A DNA stretch of 64,000 bases from Heteronotia binoei (taxonomy: Eukaryota): the NCBI RefSeq assembly GCF_032191835.1, contig NC_083240.1:17546001-17610000 (forward strand). Direction: 5' to 3'. Made by a program: the position numbers and the translations under genes. Under the pieces are notes generated by a model. That model saw only the letters and a program-made list of their open reading frames with translations, ran no database searches and was not told where the DNA came from. Positions 49,162 through 60,368 of the stretch are shown piece after piece. The first letter of the stretch is position 1; each line of letters begins with the position of its first letter.

Positions 49162-49290
49162 AACACTGCAAGAGATGACAGAAGCACACCTCTGCGATCA
49201 TGGGGTGTGGCTGTTTGTGTAAGGGTGAGGCAGATTGTTTTGAGATGGCCCTTAATAGCAGAGCTTTTCTCATAGATGTCTTGCATGTCC

Positions 49291-49472
49291 AGGGCTGTGG
49301 CTCACTGGCAGAGCATCTGCTTTGCATGCAGAAAGGTCCCAGGTTCAATCCCCGGCATTTCTATTCATTTGAAAGGGTCAGGTGCAACGTGAGCTGAAAG
49401 ATTTCCATCGGAGACCTTGGAGAGCTGCTCCAGTCAGGCAGTACTGATGCTGGTTTAAGACAACTTCATGTG
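49291..49472 (+). mobile_element. tRNA-derived SINE
   Basis: gggctgtggctcactggcagagcatctgctttgcatgcagaaaggtcccaggttcaatccccggc head. Confidence 0.75.
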
Positions 49473-49924
49473 AAGTACCTAACATGGTTGCAGACTCTAA
49501 TTATAGGTCATTATCTTCTCTTGCAAATAATAAATTTCAGCAGTGTCCACAAAACGTGCCAAATGCTAACCTTTAGTCTGCCATATTAGAGCTAAGTGGA
49601 TGCAGATTTTGCTGTCAAATGGATGGCATTTCGGTGAGGGCCCACTCTCAAACTCGAGTGAACAGGCATGACATTGAGTAGGATAGAGGGGTTTCATCTC
49701 TCTTCCTTTTGGCATAGATCTGAAAGCAGCGTCAGCAGGACGTTCTAGTTTGGACTTGCTTATTGGCACTCGAATTGCTGTCTCTGGTGCCTTTTCATTC
49801 CTGGTTCCCCTTCCCTCCCCCCACCCCAAGTCAAGTCACAGCTGACTTAAGAGGACCCCAGAGGGTTTTCAGACATGGTTTTCCATTGCCTGCCTCTGCT
49901 AGCAAGCCAGGATTTATAAGCTGT

Positions 49925-50200
49925 TCTTATAAGCATAGACAGTTTCAAGAGAGACTGGATAAACATATGGAGCAGAGGTCCATCAGTGTCTATTAGCCAT
50001 GAGGTTATAGATGGAATACTCTGTTTGGGGCAGTGATGCTCTCTATTCTTGGTGCTTGGGGGGCAACAGTGGGAGATCTTTTGGAGTTCTAGTCTTTTTG
50101 GTGGACCTCCTGATGGCACCTGGGTTTTGGGCACTGTGGGACACAGTGTTGGACTGGATGGGCCATCGACCTGATCCAACATGGCTTCTGTTATGTTCTT
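49925..50200 (+). mobile_element. CR1 LINE 3' end
   Basis: ctggataaacatatggagcagaggtccatcagt...gttggactggatgggcc...atggcttctgttatgttctt; same terminus as 9161-9494. Confidence 0.82.
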
Positions 50201-50679
50201 CCTTGGTGGTCTCCTATCCAAATACTGAATGGGGTTAACGCTGCTAAGCTTCCAAGATTTCATGAGATCAGGCCAGCCTGGACTATCCAAGTTAGCGCTT
50301 CCATTCTCTACTCCATCTTACGTAATTACCTATTTGTGCTGTTTCTTATTTGCCTCCCACCTTTCTTCCGTCATGGAATTCAAGGAACATACATGAAATT
50401 CTCACAGGGTGCTCTCTCATCCTGGCATTTTAGACTATTGGCAGCTGGCCCACATTACCCTCCAGCCATCCCCTCAGACCCGCATTTGTCTCCATGTGAG
50501 CTGAACCAGGGAGGCATTTTCACATAAGAAAAACAAACATCTGACAGAATGAAAAATGCTCCCCTTTCCGACATGGGGGATGGGGCAGAGTTGCTCCAAA
50601 TGGGTCAGTCAATTCAGAGTGAGAGCAAAACAGTTGGCAGGAATTGCTCTCCCTCTCAACTGTCTTCCTGATGTGGGTT

Positions 50680-50879
50680 TAAGGTTGCCAGCTCCATATT
50701 GGGAAATTCTTTCAGATTTGGGGGTGGAGCCTGGGCAGGGGAGGGACCTTAGCAAAGTATAACACTATATAGTCCACTCACCTGAGCAGCCATTTTCTAC
50801 ATAGGAACTGATCTTAGCAGTCTAGGAGCAGCTGTAATTTTGAGGAGATTTCCAGGCCCTGCCTGGATGTTGGCAACAC
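50680..50879. mobile_element. hAT-like MITE (TAGGGTTGCCA family)
   Basis: taaggttgcca...ttggcaaca ends; family internal sequence. Confidence 0.75.
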
Positions 50880-51181
50880 AGCATGATTATATTCACTTAA
50901 TAATTCCTGATAATGTATCTATTTCCAGCATGGAGGATAATCCAATCTTTGACTGATTTCGTTTTTGTTTAAAATGGGTGCAAAAGGGTAGGTGGATAAA
51001 GGAAAGAATGAAGAGGGATCACAGAAGGTTTTTGTTCCCTGATGAAATATTTTACTTCCCAAAGAGCTACCTGTACTCACAGAACTGACCAACAAGGCTG
51101 TACCAGGATATCCAGAAGCCAATATTGAGCAGACTTAGCTGTGAGTTGGGCATATTAGTATGAGACTTTCGTTGTTGTTTA

Positions 51182-51471
51182 GGAGCCCCATGGTGCAGAG
51201 TGGTAAAGCTACAGTATTGCAGTCCAAGCTCTGCTCATGACCTGAGTTCGATCCTGGCGGAAGCTGGGTTCAGGTAGCTCGCTCATGGTTGACTCAGCCT
51301 TCCTTCCTTCCGAGGTCGGTAAAATGAGTACCCAGCTTTCTGTAGATGACTGCAGAAGGCAATGGCAAACCACCCTGTAAAAAGTCTGCCGTGAAAATGT
51401 CGTGATGCAGTGTCACCCCAGAGTCGGAAAGAACTGGGGCTTGCACAGGGGACTACCTTGACCTTTACTTT
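51182..51471 (+). mobile_element. Sauria-type SINE, full length
   Basis: ggagccccatggtgcagagtggtaaagct head, acctttacttt tail; flanking direct repeat gttgttgtt (51171-51179, 51472-51480). Confidence 0.85.
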
Positions 51472-51834
51472 GTTGTTGTTAACTTATTTTGCAAAGCACA
51501 AGGATTGTCTATTGCCAAAGGGCATTGCAATCTTAACTGTAAAAATATCTTGTTTTGTTCTTTGCTGGTATAAAGTTGCCACTAAAATTTGGAATGAAAA
51601 CTCTGTTTTGCGCTTTCACGAGACCAGGAGTGGCTGTTCTCAGTTGGCGGGGTGGAGGGGAGGAGACACCACCCTATGTCAGGCAATGCAGTCACACTGG
51701 AGTTGCAAGCTGACCTCAGCTCCTGGGTGTGTGGTGCTGAATTAGAATGAGCATGATGCACCTGGAGAGGGAGCTTCCACACTCTCCCCCCTCTCCAACA
51801 TGCCATTTTTTCAGCATAAAACATTTGCATGCTA

Positions 51835-52250
51835 GTGGCAGGGGTAGTGGTTAAGAGCTGAGGGCTCTAATCTGAAGAACTGGGTTCGATTCCCCACTCA
51901 TCCTCCACATGGCAGCCAGCTGGGTGACCTTGGGTCAGTCACAGTTTACTTAGAACTCTCTCAGCCCCACCTACCTCACAGGCTGTCTGTTGTGGGGAGA
52001 GGAAGGGAAGGCGATTGTAAGCTCCTTTGAAACTCCTTAAGGTAGAGAAAAGTGGGGTGTATAAACCAGCTCTTCTTCTTCCACATGAAGCCTGCTGGGT
52101 GACTTTGGGCCAGTCACAGCTCTCTCAGAGCTCTCTCAGCCCCACATCCCTCACAAGGTGATTGTTGTGGGGAGAGAAAGGGAAGGTGATTGTAAGCCAC
52201 TCCGAGACTCCTTCAGGTGGTGAAGTGTGGGGTATAAAACCAACTCTTCT
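51835..52250 (+). mobile_element. Head-to-tail pair of MIR/Squam3-like SINEs (second copy 5' truncated)
   Basis: The unit ccacatg..gctgggtgac(c/t)ttggg(t/c)cagtcacag...ggggt(g)tataaa(a)cca occurs twice. Confidence 0.75.
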
Positions 52251-52546
52251 CTTTCGGGATGGAGAAATCCACACTAAATGCATGGGTTTCTCCAAACAGC
52301 AGCCCTCTCAGACTGTTTCAAGTTAGGGGAATGGGTAGGGTTGCCAACTGAGTTGGGAAATATCTAGAGATTTTGGGAGTGGAGCCTAGGGAAGGTGGGA
52401 TTTGGGGGGGGGGGCAGAGGGATGGTCCTCATCTCCACCTTCTGGCCTCCCCAGGCTTCACCCCCAAAATCTCCAGGATTTGTGTTGGGATTTGAACCCG
52501 TGTATCAGAGGTCCTGGCCTGATAGTCTAACTACTTCATATGTAGA

Positions 52547-52661
52547 TAGATCCAGATGGGCAGCCGTGTTGGCCTGAAGCAGTAGAACAAAGCAGGAGTC
52601 AAGTAGTATCTTTAAGACCAACGAAGTTTTATTCAGAATGTCAGCTTTCATGTGCTCTAAG
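52547..52661. mobile_element. Penelope-like fragment
   Basis: tagatccagatgggcagccgtgttggcctgaagcagtagaacaaagcaggagtc...cagctttcatgtgctctaag; same end as 49001. Confidence 0.75.
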
Positions 52662-53594
52662 TTTTTAAGGAATCAGGGTTTCAGCCCTGGTTCTTCTTTG
52701 CTTTAGTTGCATCTATTATCCAACTTTCTTGTTGACATTCAAAGCAGATTACAGAGATATAAAAAAATGCAATAGAACTTGAATACGTGATTAGCAAAGA
52801 TAAAAATAAAGACCATATGCATCCAATCTACAGTGTGGTGTGAACAGGGAGGAAAAAAGAAAAAGTGTGCCCAATTTTCACAGCCAATTAAAATTACAAC
52901 TGGCTATTGCCGCTCTAAAAAGTTCTCTCCTGTATAATTCTGCCTTCCCGCATCCCTGTTTTTACCATGTGCCTTTTGATTGCCTCAAAATATTTATTGT
53001 CCCTCCCCATTTCTTTCTCAAATTCAGTTAATACAGTACTGCATCTAGCTATGTTACGCAAATTAACCATCTATCATTTAGCAAAGTGTATTCCAACCAA
53101 AAACTGTCACATCAGGTCTGCAGAAAATTCCTGTGACCCGTGGGGGAACCTGATTACCCATCCAGATAACTGTTTAGCCCATCAGCTTGGAAAAGTCCAG
53201 TCCAGACAAAATCATGTCCATTGACCAGCCCATAGCTTAGCGCCGCATGGCATCAGGATGGGCTGTGTATTAATGGCTACCATATGCATCAAAGGGGGAG
53301 GGGGGAAATGCACACCTGTGGCAAAGGATGCTCTTTGCTTCCCGTCAGCAGAATGGAGTCAGCCATGCTGAGCAGCTCCAAAAAGGAAGAAGGTCTTACA
53401 TATGCAGGGGAAACAATGCTGGGGAGAGAGGAGCAGGGAAAGGCTGCAATCATCCAGGACACCTTGGCCCCTCACATCTGGCACCCCATCCCATGCACCT
53501 GGAGCCTTTCTAGGACAGTAGAGTGTTTGCTTGCATTGGTGTTTATCCATGTATGTCCTGCTTTTCTCCCCAGCTGGAACACAACAGCTTAGGG

Positions 53595-53905
53595 CAGGGG
53601 TGGCCAAACTGCAGCTCGGGAGCCACATGTGGTTCTTTCACATATATTGTGTGGCTCTCAAAGTCCCCACCATCCCATTTGCTGGCTTGGAGAAGGCATT
53701 TGTCTCTTTAAGTCATTTCTCCAAGCCAAGCCAGCCAGCAGCATGGAGAATGCATTTAAAGTTAAAGTTGCCTTCTTTCCACCCTCCCTCCCCATCTGTC
53801 TGCCTTCCTTCCTCCCTCAAACATCTGACATTCATGTCTTGTGGCTCTCAAACATCTGATGTTTATTCTATGTGGTTCTTATGCTAAGCAAGTTTGGCCA
53901 CCCTG
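53595..53905. mobile_element. hAT (Charlie-like) MITE, 311 bp
   Basis: TIRs caggggtggccaaact / agtttggccaccctg; TSD gcttaggg / gcttagga (7/8). Confidence 0.88.
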
Positions 53906-54019
53906 GCTTAGGACATCATTCTCCCTGCCTCCATTCTTTCACAAAAACAAACCCTGTGAGGTAGGGCAGAGTGAGGGTTTGTGATGGACCCAAGATCACC
54001 CAGAAAGCTTCCAAGGATT

Positions 54020-54502
54020 TAGGGTTGCTAATCCCCAGTTTGGGGCAGAGGATTCCCTGGTTCGGAGGCCCTCCCCCTGCTTCAGGGTTATCAGTAAGAG
54101 AGCGGGTTGAATGACCGCTTGGCACTCCATTATATCCTATGAAGACCGGTCTCTATAGGGTATAATGGAGAATTGATCTGTGGGTATCTGAGGCTCTCTG
54201 GAGGTGTTTTTTGAGGTAGAGGCACCAAATTTTCAGCATAGCATGTGGTGACTCTCCTCAACCCCCCCCCCCAATTTTTTTCAAAAAGACTGAACAAGGG
54301 GGTCCAATTCTATGAGCTCCAAAAGAAAGTGCCCCCATCCTCTATTATTTCCAATGAAGGGAAGGCGTTTAAAAGGAGCGCAGTCCCTTTAAATGTGATG
54401 GCCCAAACTCCCTTCAGAGTTCAGTTGTGCTTGTCCCAACCTTGTTCCTGGCTCCATCCCCAATGTCCCCAGATATTTCCTTAGTTGGACCTGGCAACCC
54501 TA
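54020..54502. mobile_element. Long variant of TAGGGTTGCCA hAT-like element, inserted in a MIR-like SINE
   Basis: tagggttgcta...ggcaacccta; interior shared with 57249-57915. Confidence 0.78.
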
Positions 54503-55015
54503 TGTAGAAGTGGGAATTGGAACCCAAGTCTCCCAGAATCCTAGTCTACTACTCTCTCCCCTACACCACTGGCTGGAGCTTGTTATTCTAACCTGAGGGG
54601 AAACAACACTGACAAATTGTTCAAGATGGAAAGAAACAAAATCCCAAATTATTTTCTTGGACGACTTGTTTCAGTCCTTTTTTCCAAGGGAACTCTTTTT
54701 CCAAACCCGCAGATCAATGTTTATCTATACACAGAACATTTTGTGCCTGCAATAAATTACTTATAAGAGAAAGACTGGATCAGTCTAATTTTATTTATGT
54801 TCTTTGTGGTCTAAAGTTTCAGGTAAATGATAGTGGATGCTTCTTCATTTCAAGAGAATACATTATTCCCTCAGTCTTAAAAAGATTGCGGTTACATAAA
54901 AGCCACTGCTCCTAATTTCATTTCTTTTTAAGTATTTACTTACATTTTCATAAAGAGTTTCAGTTGTTTGATTTCCACTTTTTGGTGTTGCAGATTTGTT
55001 TGTGTTCTATATGCC

Positions 55016-55233
55016 TAGGGTTGCCAATCTCCAGATGGGCCTGGAGTCCTCCTAGAATTAGAACTCTTCTCCAGGCAACAAAGATCAGTTCCCCTAGAGA
55101 AAATGGCTGCTTTGGAGGGTAGGCTCTATGGAATCATGCCCCACTGAGATCCCTCCTCTCCCAAAATCCCCGCCCTCCCCAGGCTGCACCCCCAAAATCT
55201 CCAGATATTTCTCAACACAGAGTTGGCAACCCC
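55016..55233. mobile_element. hAT-like MITE (TAGGGTTGCCA family)
   Basis: tagggttgccaa...ttggcaacccc TIRs. Confidence 0.82.
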
Positions 55234-55315
55234 ATTTATGCATCTCAGAAAATTGTTATGCACAATGCATACTGAGTTGATGCAAACCTTGTATGTCATG
55301 CATGTAATATACATA

Positions 55316-55620
55316 AGAGATGTTTTCTGTGGCCCCAGAAGGTAGGACCAGAACCAATGGGTTAAAATTAAATCAAAAGAGTTTCCGACTCAACATTAAG
55401 AAGAACAACCTGATGGTTAGAGCAGTTCTTCAGTGGAACAGGCTTCCTCAGGAGGTGGTGGGCTCCCCTTCCTTGGAGGTTTTTAAACAGAGGCTAGATG
55501 GCCATCTGACAGCAATGAGGATCCTGTGAATTTAGGGGCAGGTATCTGTGAGTTTCCTGCATTGTGCAGGGGGTTGGACTAGATGACCCTAGAAGTCCCT
55601 TCCAACTCTATGATTCTGTG
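55316..55620 (+). mobile_element. CR1 LINE 3' end with ORF2 C-terminus
   Basis: ORF 55320-55529 LFSVAPEGRTRTNGLKL...WNRLPQEVVGSPSLEVFKQRLD is the typical CR1 ORF2 tail; ends ccaactctatgattctgtg. Confidence 0.9.
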
Positions 55621-55795
55621 AGATATAAAACTTGTGATTGACATCCAGAGGGCACAGAGAGGGGTCATCAAAGCTGGGATTTGGGGGGTCAAGGCAGCAA
55701 AGTTGAGAAATTTGAAAACATCATGGCAGCAGAGAGAGAATATACAAGTGCACCGCAGTTGAAGTTTCTAGAAAGTTAAGTTCACGTGTAAGAGG

Positions 55796-56441
55796 AAGGT
55801 TGCCAAACTCCAGGTGGTGGCTAGACATCTCCGGGGATTACAATTTGTCTCAAGGCAACCGAGATGAGCTCACTTGGAGGAAATGGCCATTTTGGTGGTT
55901 GGGTTCTATGACATTGAGCCCTACTGAAGTCCTTCCCCTTCCTAGTCACACTACCTCCCAAATCTCCAGGAATTTACCAACCCAGAATGGGACAGCCCTA
56001 TATGATGAGGTGTTAAGAGAAAAGTATAAGCCTGGTTTTGTGTGCAGGGTGAAGGGGCGAGATATAGGCTGCCATTGGAGTATTGCAGCTATGTGAACAA
56101 AAGATGCTGAAAGCTAGGGTTTAGGAGTGTCAATGTTCATTTGGGGCATGACAGTCTCCCAGAATTACAGCTGATCTCCAGACAGTAGAGATGAGTTCCC
56201 CTGGAGAAAATGGCTGCCTTGAAGGGTGGTCTTTATGGCATTATAACTACCGAGCTTCTTCCCCTCCCCAAGCCCTCCCATCCCCTAGGATCCACCCCCC
56301 AAATCTCCAGGTATTTCCTAACCTGCCAATATCACCATCATCATCTTCAAAGCATCTATTTTCTACAGGGCAATTACTCAGTCTGGAAATAAAATGTAAT
56401 TTCAGGGGATTTCCAGGTCCCACCTGGAGGCTGGCATCCCT
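55796..56441. mobile_element. Cluster of two to three TAGGGTTGCCA-family MITE copies/fragments
   Basis: Repeated ccctggagaaaatggctgc / ccccaaatctccagg blocks in both orientations. Confidence 0.7.
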
Positions 56442-56507
56442 AAGTTTGGGAAATGGCATAAGGCAGACCGGTAAGCCCTTTTCCAGCATGACATGTGTGT
56501 CATATAC

Positions 56508-56695
56508 AGACGACCTGGATGGCCCAGGCTAGCCCCATCACAGAAGCTAGGCAGGGTGAATTGGAGACCACCACAGAAGCTCAGGGTTGCTATGCAGAGG
56601 CGGGCAATGGCAAGTCAGCTCTGAACATCTCTTACATCAAAACCCCTCTGGGGTCACCCTAAGTCAGCCGTGACCTGATGTCACTTTCCTCCACT
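56508..56695 (+). mobile_element. 5S-derived SINE with internal deletion
   Basis: gacctggatggcccaggctagccc...agaagctaggcaggg...ggcaatggcaa; same family as 30118. Confidence 0.68.
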
Positions 56696-57248
56696 ATGCA
56701 GGCATGCTCCCTAACTGATAATTTGAGGCAAAATTGCACGTTGGAGGCTCTAAACTGCACATCTGAGGAATTTTTTCCCCCTGATTCTGCCCATTTATGG
56801 GAATGAGTCACACTCTTCCTGGTCACTCTCATATTTTCAAATTTCTTCTGCTGCAGGGGAGAAAAGGGATTTAAGAGCGTGGCTTGCAGGAGTCTGCAGA
56901 AGCAAACCTTTTGTGGCACCACCAAAAGCCACCACTTAAAAAAAAAAATCTCCCTGTGTCAGTCCAAATATGACCCCAGCAGACCATTCCTGGAAGTGTT
57001 GGGACAGAACGTTTTAAGGCTTTCCGAAACGCATTGACTGCGCTATTAATCTTTCATGATAACAAGTTGTTTCTTTTTAAGCGAGCACAATAACAAGGCC
57101 TCTGCGCAGGCCCATGTTCACCAAATGTTGAGCATGGTGCATTCAGACATCCATGACTTTCTCAGCTAAGGAGCAATCCTAGCATGAGCTACGGTTGCCA
57201 GCCTTCGTGCAGACACTGGAGATCTCCCAGAGTTACAACCAACCAGCT

Positions 57249-57915
57249 TAGGGTTGCCAATCCCCAGGTGGGGGCAGGAGATCCCCCAGTTTGGAGGCCC
57301 TCTCCCCACTTCAGGGTCATCTGAAAGCAGAAGGGGAAAGGAAATATCCTCTAGGCACTCCATTATTCCCTATGGAGACTGATTCCCATAAGGTATAATG
57401 AAGAATTGATCCACAGGTATCTGGGGCTCTTGTGGGGGGGTGTCGTTTTTTGAGATAGAGACACCAAATCACCAGTGTAGCATCTAGTGGCTCTCCCCAA
57501 AATACCCTCCAAGTTACAAAAGGATTGGACCAAGGGGTCCAGTTCTATGAGCCCCCAAAGAAGGTGCCCCTATCCTTCATTACTTCCAATGGAGGGAAGG
57601 CATTTAAAAGGTGTGTAAACATATGAAGCTGCCTTCTACTGAATCAGACCCTGGGTCCATCAAAATCAGTATTGTCTACTCAAACTGGCAGCAGCTCTCC
57701 AGGGTCTCAAGCTGAGCTTTTTCCATGCCTATTTGCCTGGACCCTTGAGCCACCATCCCTCCCCTTAAGTGTGGTCCCTTTAAACGCGATAGCCAGAACT
57801 CCCTTTGGAGTTCAATCATGCTTGTCATAATCTTGCTCCTAGCTTCACCCCGAATGTCTCCTCACTCCACCCCCAAAGTCCCCAGGTATTTCTTGAATTG
57901 GACCCAGCAACCCTA
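57249..57915. mobile_element. Long TAGGGTTGCCA hAT-like element containing a tRNA-SINE (57621-57748, -)
   Basis: TIRs tagggttgcca / cagcaacccta; insert atatgaagctgccttctactgaatcagacc is the reverse SINE tail. Confidence 0.78.
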
Positions 57916-58282
57916 AACCGGCTGTCCTCAGCCCTGGCCCCCACCTGGTGGAACTCTCTGCCAGAGAACATCTGTGTCCTGCATGATTTATTACCTTTCT
58001 GCAGGGCCTGTAAGGCAGAGAGGTTCCATCAGGCCTTTGGCTGAGGACAGCGATGGGACAGCAAGCAGTCTGGCACTCTCAGGTTTCCCACCCCTTTACC
58101 TGCCCTTTGAGAGGCCTTGGGGAGTTTCAGTTTTTAACTCAAGTTACTCACTGCCTTGGAACTGTGTTTTATCGGAGCTGTACTCTGTTCTGATATCGGT
58201 CATTTAAATTAATTTAGATTATTGTGTTTTTACTCTGATGCAGGGGAGGGTTGCCTAAAAGTCCAAATAATAAATCAATAAA
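57916..58282 (+). mobile_element. L2 LINE 3' end
   Basis: Translates LSSALAPTWWNSLPENI...FCRACKAERFHQAFG (L2 ORF2 tail 'APxLWNSLP...FxxxLKTxLFxQAF'); aataaat-repeat tail. Confidence 0.72.
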
Positions 58283-58685
58283 TAAAATCTCCAGACCAGA
58301 GAAATCAGTTTCCCTAAAAAAAAAAAAAAAGGCTGCTTTGGAGGGTGAGACTCTTTGGCTTTATACCCCACTGAGGTTCCTCCCTTCCCCAAACCCTGCC
58401 ATCTCCAGGCTGCACCCCCAAATCTCCAGGATTTCCTGACCTGAAGCTGGCAACCCTACATGACTGTTTTCTCCCATATGAAGCTTCCAGCTTTGGAGGT
58501 GAGAAGAAATGAAGGTCTTTTCTGTAGCCGTGTCAGATCTTTGGGACTCCTTCCTGAGGGATGGTCACCTGCTGCCTACATGGTCATTATTCGTGTGCAA
58601 CATTTGCAGAGGTGAAAAGAGGACCACCCCATCTTGCCTGATTTCATAACAGCTTTCAGTAGCTAGAGTCTTACCTACACACTGC

Positions 58686-58852
58686 CAGGGCTTTTTTTGT
58701 AGCAGGAACTCCTTTGCATATTAGACCACATCTCCCTGATGTAGCCAATCCTCCTGGAGCTTACAGGGCCTACTGTAAGCTCCAGGAAGATGGACTGCAT
58801 CAGGGAGGTGTGGCCTAATATGCAAAAGAGTTCCTGCTACAAAAAAGCCCTG
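58686..58852. mobile_element. Foldback hAT MITE, 167 bp near-perfect palindrome
   Basis: cagggctttttttgtagcaggaactc...gagttcctgctacaaaaaagccctg; perfect 8 bp TSD CACACTGC. Confidence 0.93.
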
Positions 58853-59108
58853 CACACTGCAATCATGACACATTGCTGAAGAACCTACTTGCTGAATGCA
58901 GAGTCTAGTCAAGTCTTTAAAGAAGTCTTGCTCCCTGTTGATTTAACAGCCACAGCAGCGTTTCTCCCGTTGGTTAAAGAAATTGGCTTACATTTGTATA
59001 AAAGACTTCTTCAGTGCCAGCTGGTATATATTGTGCTCATATTAGTTCTCCTGCCCAGACACTGCTCGTACACAGACCTGCTCAGCAACATCAAGGCAAT
59101 GATACCAT

Positions 59109-59501
59109 GGCTGTGATCGTACACACTAAGTAATGCACTTTCAATCCACTTTCCAACTGGGTTTTACTGTGTGAATTGGCAAAATCCAGTTGGAAAGTGC
59201 ACTGAAGGTGGATTGACAGTGCATTATTTAGACTGATTCCCCACTAGCCTTACCCCGCTCTCACTTTCCTCTTCTCAGCAGGGCTTCGGTTGGATTTTAC
59301 ACTATCTGCCCCGGGGCTGCAACTAGCTTTACCTTTTTTGCGCAGCAAACAGAAACCAGTTTTTAGAGGATCTTGCTTGCTGCGTGAAAGAGGCGGAGCG
59401 AGTTGCAGCCTCAGGGCAGCTTGTGCGAAATCCGACAGAAGCCCCGCGGAGAAGAGGAGAGTGAGAGTGGGGAATCTGTCTTAGTGTGTGTGATCGCAGC
59501 C
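59109..59501. mobile_element. Composite double-hairpin MITE, PIF/Harbinger-like
   Basis: 22 bp TIRs (19/22 match) GGCTGTGATCGTACACACTAAG / CTTAGTGTGTGTGATCGCAGCC; 3 bp TSD CAT; superfamily inferred. Confidence 0.75.
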
Positions 59502-59587
59502 CATGTGTCCTTGGAATGTGTTCTGGGACTTATGTATAGGGTTTCCAGCTCTGGGTTGGGAAATACCTGGAGCTTTTGGGAGGGGAG

Positions 59588-59802
59588 TAAGTTGCCAACC
59601 TCCAGGTGGCACCTTAAGATCTTCCCCTATTACAGTTGACCTCCAGACAATCAAGATTAGCTCTCCTGGAGAAAATGGCTGTTTGAGAGGGCGGAGTCTA
59701 TGGCATTACATCTAGCTGAGATCCCTCCCATTCCCATACCTCACCCTTTCCAGTCTCCTCCTCCAAAATCGCCCGGTATTTCCCAACCCAGAGCTGACAA
59801 CC
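59588..59802. mobile_element. hAT-like MITE (TAGGGTTGCCA family)
   Basis: taagttgccaacctccaggtgg...gagctgacaacca. Confidence 0.75.
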
Positions 59803-60150
59803 ATTTGAAGAAGTTCCTTTGAATCAAGTCCAGTCTGACCAGCTCCATTTGCAACAAAACGTGACCATCAGCATAGGAAAGGAACAGCTGGAGCTGGTTT
59901 GGAAGTTGTCTCCAGCTCCCAAGCCACTGATCAGCCATAAAGCCATATTTATGTTACCATAGTCTTGCAGGATGTTTTTAAGCACTTTTCCTCTTGTTCT
60001 CACAGTACTCACTGCTGGCCGTACCTTGGAGAGCCATCCAGGGCCTGACAGTATCCTTGACTGTGACTCCTGATTATAAAGGAGATATCTGCATGAAAGC
60101 TTTTCATTGGCTTGTGGGAGGCCAATAGAGAGGCTAGGTTTAGCGGCTAC

Positions 60151-60368
60151 CAGTGTTCCCTCTAAGCTGAGTTAGTGTGAGCTAGCTCACAATTTTTTAG
60201 TCTCCAGCTCACACATTTTTGTCTTAGCTCAGGAAGGATAACCCCAGAGCACACTAATGTATGCAAGTAGCTCACAACTTTAATGCCAGTAGATCACAGC
60301 TTTAATGGCAGTAGCTCACAAAGTAGAATTTTTGCTCACTAGACTTCACAGCTTAGAGGAAAACACTA
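60151..60368 (+). mobile_element. hAT MITE (CAGTGTTCCCTCTAAGCTG family) with internal ~23 bp duplication
   Basis: Same body as 7781; ctttaatgccagtagatcaca/gctttaatggcagtagctcaca duplicated. Confidence 0.87.

Noticed and set aside
27625-52410. Frequent G/C homopolymers of 10-13 nt (e.g. 27628, 31490, 37540, 39873, 40861) as G-quadruplex or signal candidates
   Set aside because: Isolated single runs scattered without pattern; no four-tract arrangement tied to a feature.
53225-53265. Faint similarity (HSL..RMASGW) to the long-isoform exon 'YSLRLASRC'
   Set aside because: It needs a 4-nt frameshift, has a poor pyrimidine tract and no continuing similarity; likely chance.
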